Translations under genes and position numbers: made by a program
The notes under the pieces: generated by a model
Told to the model about the DNA's origin: nothing
Seen by the model: the letters and a program-made list of their open reading frames with translations, nothing else
The model's database searches: none
Shown: positions 25,101 through 37,624 of the stretch, piece by piece
How positions within the stretch are numbered: position 1 is the first letter of the stretch
Layout: every line of letters starts with the position of its first letter
Source of the DNA: Macrostomum lignano
Taxonomy: Eukaryota
Assembly (NCBI GenBank): GCA_002269645.1
Contig: NIVC01003749.1
Coordinates: 15,046 to 79,045 of the forward strand
Length of the DNA stretch: 64,000 nucleotides
Direction: 5' to 3'

Positions 25101-28100
25101 TATCGCGAAGAAAGCATTTAATTGACAAGAAACATTCGAGCAGTATGCACAAAAAAGGATTTTGTACAGCTCAAGTTCGACTAGACTGCTCACCTTGCCA
25201 ATTACGATGATAAAAATTGCATTCAAAAGCGAACTGATCACGGCGTTGAGGATCAGACAGTTGGTGCTGCTGACCGTTGGGCAAACTCGAATGGTGACGA
25301 AGATTCTGTAGACAATCACGGCGGCCACTCCGATGAACACTATAAGGATCTGGGGGATTTGGACAATGGAAGCTAGTAGCATTTGGTACTTTTTGGCAGA
25401 GAATTTGCACCAGAAATTCATTGCGGATCTGAGAGGGTGGCATGACGGTGGCCCAGCAACTGAGGATCTGGGAGTCTGTAGCCCAGCAACTGAGGATCTG
25501 AGAGTCTGTAGCCCAGCAACTGAGGATTTGGGAGTCTTTAGCCCAGCAACTGAGGATCTGGGAGTCTGTAGCCCAGCAACTGAGGATCTGGGAGTCTTTA
25601 GCCCAGCAACTGAGGATCTGGGAGTCTTTAGCCCAGCAACTGAGGATCTGGGAGGCTGGCCCATCAACTAAGGGTCTAGGAGGCTGGCCCAGCAACTGAG
25701 GATGTGGGAGGATAAGTGAAGCAGGAAAACCCCGTAAACTTCAAGACATATTTGCGCATAAAGAGTACCATGACAAGCAGAATGATGAATGACGTAGCAA
25801 ACTTCATTGCCTGGTGACTACCCGGATAGTAAGAGTCCATTTTGCCAGTGATTGGATCCTGAAATAAGAGGAATAAATAAACGAAAATATACAGTCACCA
25901 CAGTCAGAATTAATTCTGCTTGATATAATAGAAAATAGTTTCTTTTAATCTTGTTCGCGCCCTATGACGCTGACCTCTTCAAAAGCCAACTGACAGCATA
26001 CTGTTGTTGTTCGGAATCGTGTAAGAGTTGTGCTGGATTTTGATATTTAGGTCTATTCGGTGCTTTATGCTTGTAGATTTACTCGCTCAGCGAGGGACGA
26101 GATTTTTTAATGAATGTACATTCAATGCCACGATAGATAGTCGCCTTATCCTTTCAGCGAGGGACGAGATTTTTTTAATGAATGTACATTCAATGCCGCG
26201 ATAGATAGTCGCCTATCCTTTCAGCGAGGGACGAGATTTTTTAATGAATGTACATTCAATGCCACGATAGATAGTCGCCTATCCTTTCAGCGGGGGACGA
26301 GACTTTTTTAATGAATGTACATTCAATGCCACGATAGATAGTCGCCTATCCTTTCAGCGGGGGACGAGACTTTTTTAATGAATGTACATTCAATGCCACG
26401 ATAGATAGTCGCGTATCCTTTCAGCGGGGGACGAGACTTTTTCAATGAATGTACATCCAATGCCACGATAGATAGTCGCCTATCCTTTCAGCGGGGGACG
26501 AGATTTTTTTAACGAATGTACGAGGTACAAAAACTCTTGAATAAGTCTTACCAATCGTTCTCTAGTGCCAATAAATCCAGGTCTGTCCGGCTCCGAGTGT
26601 TCATAATTGTTGACGTCCCATTCGTAGGCCAGGGTTGACCGGTATCGCTTCCACAGTTCAGTGTGAATGGTGCCCCATAAGCAGATAATTATAGCGAATA
26701 TTGGCGTCAGTAGATTATCGAAGGCCTCTTTTATGGTTGCTAACATGTCGTCGACCAGCCCCATTACCCTACAAGGATATTATTAGCAAATAAGTTATTA
26801 GATAAATTGTTTTATGCAAGCTTTAAAACTGTTTGTCTTACTTTTGAATGTCAGTCTGAACCGTCGTTGTTACGTTAGGAGCCAAAGTTGTAGTAGCGGA
26901 TGTTGTTGTTGACTGCCTTTGAATGCTGTAGAAAGGGTTTTTTAGGGCACTAAATTTCTGAAAACTTCTCATATTGTCCCTATTCTTTCTAACAGGCACG
27001 GTTCTATCTAACAGGATTCGATTCAGTCTAACAGGATTCACTTCTGTCTAACAGGATTCGCTTCTGTCTAACAGGATTCGCTTCTGTCTAACAGGATTCG
27101 CTTCTGTCTAACAGGATTCGCTTCTGTCTAACAGGATTCGCTTCTGTCTAACAGGATTCGATTCTGTCTAACAGGATTCGCTTCTGTCTAACAGGATTCG
27201 CTTCTGTCTAACAGGATTCGTTTCTGTCTAACAGGACGCGGTTCTGTCTAACAGGATTCAATTCTGTCTAACAGGATTCGCTTCTGTCTAACAGGATTCG
27301 TTTCTGTCTAACAGGACGCGGTTCTGTCTAACAAGACTCTATTCCATGTAACAATAGGCCAATATGTGTAACAGGGCATGCCTAACAAGAAGCAGTTTTA
27401 AGTATATAGCACCCTTAAAACAAGGCACTACTCAGACATAGCATTCTCCACAATACTATAAGTTTACAAAACACAAAGACAATTAAAATAATTTTACTTG
27501 TGCAACCCCAAAACATTGAAAATTTTGAATTAAACTTTTAAAAATTCATGCCATGCGTGTAAAATTTTTAATTGACATAATCTTCACTAATTTAAAACAC
27601 TATATACAAACAGAAAGCAACCGGTTCCCCAAAAACGGACGGGTGCAACAGCAATGCAAAGTAAATAAATCCGTTTAACAGGTTTCTCTTTCAAAGAAAA
27701 ATTCTACCTCCAGGTTTTACTAGCAGTAGTATAGCAAGAATAAAACGGTTTATTCGGGTTTTAAATGAGGGAGAATCCAACAAAACAACAATTGAAGGGC
27801 AGGCAGGCAGTTTCACTTACAGTCTGAGCTGAGCGCTGCAACAAAGGAGATTGTTGAATTTATTGAATAAATGTGCTCGTGTCAACTCAGAGGTGCTGAA
27901 TATCTGGTTCAATCTGGGAATCGGGGGGGGGGGCGCCAAATCTGGGAATCGGGGGCGCCAAATCTGGGAATCGGGGGCGCCAAATCAGGGGGGGGGCGCC
28001 AAATCTGGGAATCAGAGGGGGGGCTAAATCTGGTAATCAGAGAGGCGTCAAATCTGGGAATCGGGGGCGCCAAATCTGGGAATCGGGGGCGCCAAATCAG

Positions 28101-31100
28101 GGGGGGGGCGCCAAATCTGGGAATCAGAGGGGGGCTAAATCTGGTAATCAGAGAGGCGTCAAATCTGGGAATCGGGGGGCGCCAAATCTGGGAATCGGGG
28201 GCGCCAAATCAGGGGGGGGGGCGCCAAATCTGGGAATCAGGGGGGGGGCTAAATCTGGTAATCAGAGAGGCGTCAAATCTGGGAATCAGGGGGGGGGCAA
28301 ATCTGGGGGCGCCAAATCTGGGAATCGGAGGCGCCAAATCTGATAATCGGGGGCGCCAAATCTGAGAATCAGGGTCGCCAAATCTGAGAATCAGGGGCGC
28401 CAAATCTGAGAATCGGGGGCGTCAAAGCTGGGAATCGGGGGCGTCAAAGCTGGGAATCAGGGGCGCCAAATCGGGGGGGGCGCCAAATCTGGGAATCGGG
28501 GGCGCCAAATCGGGGGGGGGCGCCAAATCTGGGAATCAGAGGGGGGGCCAAATCTGGTAATCAGAGAGGCGTCAAATCTGGGAATCAGGGGGGGCAAATC
28601 TGGGGGGCGCCAAATCTGGGAATCAGGGGGCGCCAAATCTGGGGGGGGGGCACCAAATCTGAGAATCGGGGGGCGCCAAATCTGGGAATCGGGGGCGCCA
28701 AATCTGGGAATCGGGGGCGCCAAATCTGAGAATCAGGGGCGCCAAATCTGGGAATCTGGGCGGGGGCGGAATCTGAGAGTCGAAAACTCAATTTAAAATA
28801 AATATAGTGATTGCTCGTACATCCCATCGTTAAAACCCTGATTACGGTGTTATCCATCACTAAGCTCTCACCTGAGCACGAGGCCATAGATGAAGATGCC
28901 GATGCCCAGCACTGTTGGCACCCACAGCATGGAGATCATGTGACCAGACCAGGCGAAATAAAATGCAATCTTTTCGCCGAAATAATTTCGAACTTTGTCC
29001 AGCGGTTGGTACTTGCTTATTCGAGTCCAGACATTGTTGAGTCGGGCTCGCTCGTCTGGAGCATAGATCGAATTGAACTGGCAGTCTCCGACCTGTAGGA
29101 CGGCTTGCAACTTCTTACCCTTGGCGATCTCTTCGTCTGTGGCTCGGTTCCGGTCGATTTTATAATCGCCAGGATAGGCCTTGAGCCAGTCGCGCTTCAA
29201 GCTCTTCACCCAGGGATCTTTCTCCGACGGGTCGTGCAGGATGAACGCGTCAGTGAAGACTTCGCGATGGAGCAGCTTTGGTAGGGCTGGAAAGTGGAAT
29301 TGTTGTCAATCATTCAGTCGGCGAGACTTGTATATTAACAAGCTCGCCAATACTGTACGCAGGCTTTTTTGACTTTCTAATCCTGTGAGGCACGTACACT
29401 CCCTGTGCCTTGGGGGTTGGGCCTCATGGCTGTGAATCGCTCGCATTTGCAAGCTTGGTCATGCATTCACTGGCCCAATGGCAAGCAGTTCATTGCAGCC
29501 AACTTCCAGAAGCAGTCAGTGGGTAGCTGGCGCCCCCTGTGTAGCTGGCGCCCCCTGTGTAGCTGGCGCCCCCTGTGTAGCTGGCGCCCCCTGTGTAGCT
29601 GGCGCCCCCTGTGTAGCTGGCGCCCCCTGTGTAGCTGGCGCCCCTGTGTAGCTGGCGCCCCCTGTGTAGCTGGCGCCCCCTGTGTAGCTGGCGCCCCCTG
29701 TGTAGCTGGCGCCCCCTGTGTAGCTGGCGCCCCCTGTGTAGCTGGCGCCCCTGTGTAGCTGGCGCCCCTGTGTAGCTGGCGCCCCCTGTGTAGCTGGCGC
29801 CCCCTGTGTAGCTGGCGCCCCCTGTGTAGCTGGCGCCCCCTGTGTAGCTGGCGCCCCCTGTGTAGCTGGCGTCCCCTGTGTATCTGGCGCCCCTCTGTGT
29901 AGCTGGCGCCCCCCCTGTGTATCTGGCGCCCCCCTGTGTATCTGGCGCCCCTCTGTGTAGCTGGCGCCCCCCTGTGTAGCTGGCGCCCCCCTCCCCTGTA
30001 TAGCTGGTGCCCCCCTGTGTATCTGGCGTCCCCTGTGTATCTGGCGTCCCCTGTGTAGCTGGCGTCCCCTGTGTAGCTGGCGTCCCCTGTGTAGCTGGCG
30101 CCCCCTGTGTAGCTGGCGCCCCCTGTGTAGCTGGCGCCCCCTGTGTAGCTGGCGCCCCCTGTGTAGCTGGCGCCCCCCTGTGTAGCTGGCGTCCCCTGTG
30201 TATCTGGCGCCCCTCTGTGTAGCTGGCGCCCCCCCCTGTGTATCTGGCGCCCCCCTGTGTATCTGGCGCCCCTCTGTGTAGCTGGCGCCCCCCCCTGTGT
30301 AGCTGGCGCCCCCCCCCTGTGTAGCTGGCGCCCCCCTCCCCTGTATAGCTGCCCCCCCCCTGTGTAGCTGGCGCCCCCCCTGTGTAGCTGGCCCCCCTGT
30401 GTAGCTGCCCCCCCTGTGTAGCTGCCCCCCTGTGTAGCTGGCCCCCCCTGTGTAGCTGGCGCCCCCCCTGTGTAGCTGGCCCCCCCTGTGTAGCTGCCCC
30501 CCCTGTGTAGCTGCCCCCCCCTGTGTAGCTGGCGCCCCCTGTGTAGCTGGCCCCCTGTGTAGCTGCCCCCCCCTGTGTAGCTGCCCCCCCTGTGTAGCTG
30601 CCCCCCTGTGTAGCTGCCCCCCCTGTGTAGCTGCCCCCCCTGTGTAGCTGCCCCCCCTGTGTAGCTGCCCCCCCTGTGTAGCTGGCGCCCCCTGTGTAGC
30701 TGGCGCCCCCTGTGTAGCTGGCGCCCCCTGTGTAGCTGGCGCCCCCCTGTGTAGCTGGCGTCCCCTGTGTATCTGGCGCCCCTCTGTGTAGCTGGCGCCC
30801 CCCCCCCTGTGTATCTGGCGCCCCCCTGTGTATCTGGCGCCCCTCTGTGTAGCTGGCGCCCCCCCTGTGTAGCTGGCGCCCCCCTCCCCTGTATAGCTGC
30901 CCCCCTGTGTAGCTGGCGCCCCCCTGTGTAGCTGGCCCCCCCTGTGTAGCTGCCCCCCCTGTGTAGCTGCCCCCCCTGTGTAGCTGGCCCCCCCTGTGTA
31001 GCTGGCGCCCCCCCTGTGTAGCTGGCCCCCCCTGTGTAGCTGCCCCCCTGTGTAGCTGCCCCCCCCTGTGTAGCTGGCGCCCCCTGTGTAGCTGGCCCCC

Positions 31101-34100
31101 CTGTGTAGCTGCCCCCCCCTGTGTAGCTGCCCCCCCCCCTGTGTAGCTGCCCCCCTGTGTAGCTGCCCCCCCCTGTGTAGCTGCCCCCCCCCCTGTGTAG
31201 CTGGCCCCCCCTGTGTAGCTGGCCCCCCTGTGTAGCTGCCCCCCCCTGTGTAGCTGCCCCCCTGTGTAGCTGGCGCCCCCCCCCTGTGTAGCTGGCGCCC
31301 CCCCTGTGTAGCTGGCGCCCCCCCCCCCCTGTGTAGCTGGCGCTGACTGAACAAAGAGCAATAATGAAGTTCCAAGGTTAAATAAGTAAGTATTTACGAG
31401 TAATCACTGAATAAACAGTCAGTGGCACACAGGCAACAAGTTTGCTAATTACCAGTCTTTGAAAGATCCTTGTCCAGCTCAGAGGCAGCCGAACCAATAT
31501 CCGTGTTAATCAATATGTTGTGTAACTGAAAGTAAATTCAATTCAATGTCAAATTCAACACCTAAAAAGTGGCACAAAAAGCAATGAGGAACCGATTCTT
31601 ACCAGGTAGGATCTCTGTGCCGGCCGGAAGAATGTCTCCTTGTTCTCGTGGCCCCGAAACAGGTGCAGATTTCTCCGGGTAAACGGTCCGCTGATGAAGT
31701 CCTCTGCATTGCATTTCGTGTTAATGCATGTGATATGTGATATGAGATATGTGATATGAGATATGTGATATGTGATATGAGATATGTGATATGTGATATG
31801 AGATATGTGATATGAGATATGTGATATGAGATATGTGATATATGATATGAGATATGTGATATGAGATATGTGATATATGATATGAGATATGTGATATGTG
31901 ATATGAGATATATGATATGAGATATGTGACGTGATATGAGATATGTGACGTGATATGAGATATGTGATATGAGATATTTTATATGTTATATAGAATATTT
32001 TATGTGTTATTGAATATGTACATGTAATATGCGATATGTAATGTGCTAAATGTGATGTGTGACATGAGACATGTGATATGTGATATGGCCGGGATGTGTG
32101 ATATGGGATATGTGATACGTGAAATGTAGTGTGAAATGTGAAATGTGATGTGATATGGCCAGGATATGTGATATAAGATATGGAATACGGGATATGTTAT
32201 ACGTGATATATGATGTGATGTGATATGCGACAATGCAATACCATTCAGAGAGACAATAGACAAGACTTATAATCACCTTCATCATCTTCAATCATATTGC
32301 AGCAGTCGCCAATTTTTTGAAACAAATCGAAACTCTCCAGAGGCGAGATTGTCTGTGGGGAATTTTTGTTTGCAAAAAAATTACTTTCCTGAAATATTTC
32401 TACGATGGCTTAAAGCTGCAACCCCTCACAGACAGCACAAGAAAATAAATCTGTCACTCGATTGTTCACGACGGCTGGCAAAAATGAGTGGAGATTACTC
32501 AAATCTGTACTAACCACAACCAACTTAGCTTAACCAGGTTGGCTATTTTATTAATAAAAGCGGAATACTTTTGGCTTTGAAAGTTAAAAATAGGGTAGGT
32601 ATATGTTGCGATTGATTATCCTAGGAGTTCTTAATCCTCTTGATAAAGGGGTTGTAGCCGAGTGGTTAGAGCGTTGTCGTACTCTAGACTGAAAGGTCAG
32701 GGGCTCGATTCCCGATCCCACGGGAAAAACTTGTGTCCTTAAGCAATACACTTAACTCTGCATTGCTTCAGTTCACCCAGCTGTAAAATGGGTGCCAGCA
32801 TTAGCTGGGGTAATTGAGGGTGGGAGTGGCGACCCCCCCAGTCCTTAGACTGAACAGCCGTACGCAGCCTTCAGATGCGCCGCGCAATAGCTGCGGCTGA
32901 GCTGTCGGTTGCACATCTGGATCTGGCTCAATTGGGGCAGGTGTAATCAATTATTAATATTGATTTTGATTTCTAGTTGCAGACTTTTGTCTATGGTCGG
33001 AAAGTGTCCAAGGATTTGGGATTTTATATTTTTCAGAGGCAGGGGGCAGTGTGCACCCTGGTGCACTTTAAGCGACATTATCACACAACCGGCGAGAGGC
33101 ATTACTGCCCATTCCACCGACTCCCCTGAGCAGGCGCACAAGCGCGCGGATACGTACGCAGTCATACGCACAGGCACACACTCAGACAGCAGTGTACAGC
33201 AGCCCTAGAAATTTGATTTCAGCTTTAATAGCTACATATATATATATATATATATAAACTCGATCTTGTTCTAAACGAGCTGAAGGCTGGTAAGAAAGGT
33301 CTCCGAAAAGTAATGCGTTATTTACTGGGGTCGCACTCCGAAAACCAAAATACTGTTAGATATTGCTAGAACTTTCAGAGTAATGATATTTCGGGTTTAT
33401 GATATTTCGGGTTTATGATATTTCGGGTTTATGATATTTCAGGTTTATGATATTTCGGGTTCATGATATTTCAGGTTTATGATATTTCGGGTTTATGATA
33501 TTTCAGGTTTATGATATTTCGGGTTCATGATATTTCGGGTTTATGGTTGTTCGAGTTTATGATATTTCGGGTTTATGATATTTCGGGTTTATGATATTTC
33601 AGGTTTATGATATTTCGGGTTTATGATATTTCAGGTTTATGATATTTCGGGTTCATGATATTTCGGGTTTATGATATTTCAGGTTTATGATATTTCGGGT
33701 TTATGATATTTCAGGTTTATGATATTTCGGGTTCATGATATTTCGGGTTTATGGTTGTTCGAGTTTATGATATTTCGGGTTTATGATATTTCGGGTTTTT
33801 GATAGAAACCGCTTTTCGGAGTTGTGATTTTTCAGGTTTGTGATGCCCCCCTTACTGGCATCCAACTAATTTCTAAGAAAAAAACGATTTTAGAGCCCCT
33901 TATAATTGACTTGTCCACGAGTACATTTTTTTCAAAAAATTGATGTAATGTTACTTACTCACTACCCATCCCAAGCCAACCAACTTTTTGCCATCAATTT
34001 TTTCAATTCTCTTACATTTCTGCTCCATCAATACTGGGGTAAGAAAATACTTTGCAATTTTTTGTTAAAAGTCTTTCTCTCTCCTCGGCTATTGCACACC

Positions 34101-35398
34101 ACTTTGGAGTTGCGAGAAAGAATTTATGGCCTGGTGGTTAATAGTAAATATGGCTTTATTAGTGAAGTAGTTTTCATTTCTGCTCAAGATTGCTCACTCA
34201 AGGGTAAAACTTCTGTTCTATGTGGAGAGCTTTTAGAGCAAAGAAAGCAAGAAATTTAGTCAAGATTTGGTATGAAAACCGACCCCCTGAGCATTACTCA
34301 TTCAGCCTCTTGCTTTCACGCTTTGCATCTGCAGCTAAAATTAGTAACGAAAAGCACCGCAATAAGCATTGGTTTAACTACTGCCTAATCTCTTATTAAA
34401 GATAGATGACCTTTAACTGACACATTGACCGATTCTCTAATTAAAGACAGATGACCATTTAGCTTGCACAATGACCAATTCTATAACTGAAGACAGCTAT
34501 GACCATTTAGCTAGCACAATGACAGATGACCATTTAGCTGGCACAATGACCAATTCTCTAATTGAACACAGCTATGACCATTTAGCTAGCACAATGACCA
34601 ATTTTCTAATTAAAGACAGCTATGACCATTAGTTGGCACAATGACCAATTCTATAGTTAAAGACAGCTATGACCATTAGTTGGTACAATGACCAATTCTC
34701 TAATTGAAGACAGCTATGACCATTAGTTGGCACAATGACCAATTCTCTAATTGAAGACAGCTATGACCATTAGTTGGCACAATGACCAATTCTATAGTTA
34801 AAGACAGCTATGACCATTAGTTGGCACAATGACCAATTCTCTAATTGAAGACAGCTATGACCATTAGTTGGCACAATGACCAATTCTATAGTTAAAGACA
34901 GCTATGACCATTAGTTGGCACAATGACCAATTCTTTAGTTAAAGACAGCTATGACCATTAGTTGGCACAATGACCAATTCTCTAATTAAAAAAACAAGCT
35001 ACCAACGTCCCACCAAAATCAGACTGGGTTACCTTGTCCAGCGCCATCTCCAGTTTGAGTTTCTCAGCCTCGCGAGCCAGAACATTGAACGGGGCGTAAA
35101 TCTTGATAAACACCAGCGGGTGGTCGCCGCCGTCGTTGTACTCGTAGGTCTCGGTTTCGATTCCCGGTCGGCGAGATTTCAACGTGTCCAAAAAGATTTG
35201 CCGCAATTGCGGCTTCAAGTCCGTGTGATCATCGTGATCGCAGTCCCGGTAGGTCAGCACGTAGTCGACATTGGGCAGGTGGGTTCCAGTCCATTTAAAC
35301 TCGGTTGGGCCAAGGATGTCGTCCGGTTCGCTCGATCCCAGTCCGCTATTCACCATCAAGCCTGGGTGGCTGCTGCCGCCCAGTTTTTCGACGTCCAT
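16166..35398 (-). CDS. Anoctamin/TMEM16 family protein, 19 coding exons, about 1039 aa: 35398-35033, 32352-32277, 31703-31603, 31525-31453, 29286-28872, 26925-26842, 26768-26552, 25858-25769, 25349-25194, 25092-25056, 23301-23192, 23100-22940, 22158-21969, 21305-21021, 19206-19082, 18979-18920, 18563-18163, 17416-17324, 16245-16166
   Basis: Motifs [90 protein letters not shown]. All introns are GT-AG with matching phases; exon sum is 3120 nt. GCCATGG start with an upstream in-frame stop. The last four tail exons are less certain. Confidence 0.92.
16565..17262. repeat. About 35-bp minisatellite (aaggcactgcaggatcaaggagagtcactggcggg) in the last anoctamin intron
   Basis: Visible tandem units with 32-bp variants. 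Confidence 0.95.
17521..17690 (+). mobile_element. Partial hAT-like MITE with CT-rich interior
   Basis: ggccacatgcggcccgc and cggcctgctcaaggtttgtc motifs shared with the copies at 37.1, 46.9 and 55.3 kb. Confidence 0.5.
19400..20960. repeat. 21-bp minisatellite (gaatctgagg[g/t]agattagatg) with higher-order blocks
   Basis: Visible tandem units with degenerate edges. Confidence 0.96.
21405..21860. repeat. Degenerate about 35-bp minisatellite (cgggatttcccaat.../ttcgggatttatgt)
   Basis: Visible recurrent units. Confidence 0.85.
22210..22760. repeat. 13-14-bp minisatellite (gacacctcttgaa)
   Basis: Visible tandem units. Confidence 0.94.
23355..25025. repeat. 22-bp minisatellite (g[c/t]agtgacgctaaggtgggagt), 23-bp variant at the left end
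   Basis: Visible tandem units. Confidence 0.96.
25445..25710. repeat. 30-bp minisatellite (gcccagcaactgaggatctgggagtctgta)
   Basis: Visible tandem units. Confidence 0.94.
26085..26520. repeat. About 63-bp minisatellite (cagcgagggacgagattttttaatgaatgtacattcaatgccacgatagatagtcgcctatccttt)
   Basis: About 7 visible units. Confidence 0.94.
27000..27340. repeat. 20-bp minisatellite (ctgtctaacaggattcgctt)
   Basis: Visible tandem units. Confidence 0.95.
27905..28770. repeat. G-run-rich about 22-bp minisatellite (gggggcgccaaatctgggaatc)
   Basis: Visible units with variable G tracts. Confidence 0.93.
29520..31345. repeat. 17-22-bp minisatellite (ctgtgtagctggcg + variable C run)
   Basis: Visible units; source of the spurious 620-aa ORFs. 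Confidence 0.96.
31735..32225. repeat. (gatatgt/gatatga) 7/14-bp repeat decaying rightwards
   Basis: Visible. Confidence 0.9.
32648..32955 (+). mobile_element. tRNA-derived CORE-type SINE, copy A
   Basis: A/B-box-like head (tagccgagtgg; gctcgattccc). Central gtgtccttaagcaatacacttaac...cagctgtaaaatggg resembles the MIR CORE domain. Second copy at 63.6 kb. Confidence 0.82.
33035..33208 (+). mobile_element. About 170-bp dispersed repeat, copy A (unclassified)
   Basis: Near-identical to 38072-38233. Confidence 0.8.
33385..33800. repeat. 16-bp minisatellite (tttatgatatttc[g/a]gg)
   Basis: Visible tandem units. Confidence 0.95.
34400..34990. repeat. About 46-47-bp minisatellite (cagctatgaccattagttggcacaatgaccaattctctaattgaaga)
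   Basis: Visible units ending about 40 bp from the exon-1 donor. Confidence 0.93.
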
Positions 35399-35519
35399 GG
35401 CTCAGTGGCTGAAAGCGTGCTTTCTTATTATCTAATGCGAAGAGAAGGGTCTTTCGGAATCCTTGACCTGACCGCTTGGTATGAGATGGCTTTGTAGGGA
35501 AGGGAAAGACTTAATTGAC

Positions 35520-36705
<1,186 letters not shown>

Positions 36706-37074
36706 AGACATTAACACAGACACTAAGACACAAAGACAGACACAGACGAGCAGAAAAGCTCTCAAGCAATTAAGAAGAGAGAGCATGCAGACTAAACGAA
36801 ACCCATCTATTGCTAAAATGATTACAAGGATAAGACAGCTGCTTAGGAGAAACTGCTTCAGCTTGACACAAAAATGGACAAAGAAAATTACACAGATAGA
36901 ACAATATTGACTCAGGAGGCATCAGACATTTGCTAAAAATAATCCGAAATTAACAACATAATCTTCACCTATGCTGGATGAGAGACATTGTAAAAAATCA
37001 AGTAACGAAATCAATCATGGTTTACTACGCAAAATGTTGAAAATATACACAGAGCACAATAACGCTTTATTACA

Positions 37075-37549
37075 GGTGGGGTCGGCAACCTTTTTAGTGG
37101 CAATTCAAGGGCCAGATAGAGAATAAAGATAAACTAAAGGTTAGGCGAGGAAATAAAGGAGAAGAGAGGAGAGAAGAAATATGAGAGGAGAGAAGAGAGA
37201 TGGAAGGGGAGAAGAGAGAATTGAGAGGAGAAGAGAGGAGAGAGGAGGGGAGAGGAGAGGAGAGGAGAGGAGAGGAGAGGAGAGGAGAGAAGAGGAGAGG
37301 AGAGAAGGGGAGAGGAGAGGAGAGGAGAGGAGAGGAGAGGAGAAGAGAAGAGAGGAGAAGAGAGGAGAGGAGAGGAGAAGAGGGGAGAGAATGCAGAGGA
37401 GAGAAGAGAGAAAAGAGAAGAGAGCTGAGATGAGACACAAGCCCTGAGCGGACAGGATTGCTATGGTGAAGTTTCAAAGCACCCGAGGGCCGGATAGAGA
37501 GGCTTGGCAGGCCGCATGAGGTCCGTGGGCCGTAGCTTGCCGACCCCCG
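37075..37549 (-). mobile_element. hAT/Charlie-like MITE with internal polypurine tract
   Basis: TIRs ggggtcggcaa ... ttgccgacccc; ggccgcatg/gggccg subterminal motifs. Confidence 0.78.
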
Positions 37550-37624
37550 TTATAAAATAAGGCTAGAACCGCAATAACGGATGTGGTTAAGTTTTTAAAT
37601 CATGTTAGAGACACTGCACCGTCT

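Noticed and set aside
29490-31375. 620-aa Gly/Ala/Thr ORFs
   Set aside because: Translations of an intronic minisatellite; open in several frames.
32648-32725. tRNA genes at the SINE heads (also 63631 and 38422)
   Set aside because: Acceptor and anticodon stems do not pair properly and each continues into a SINE body.
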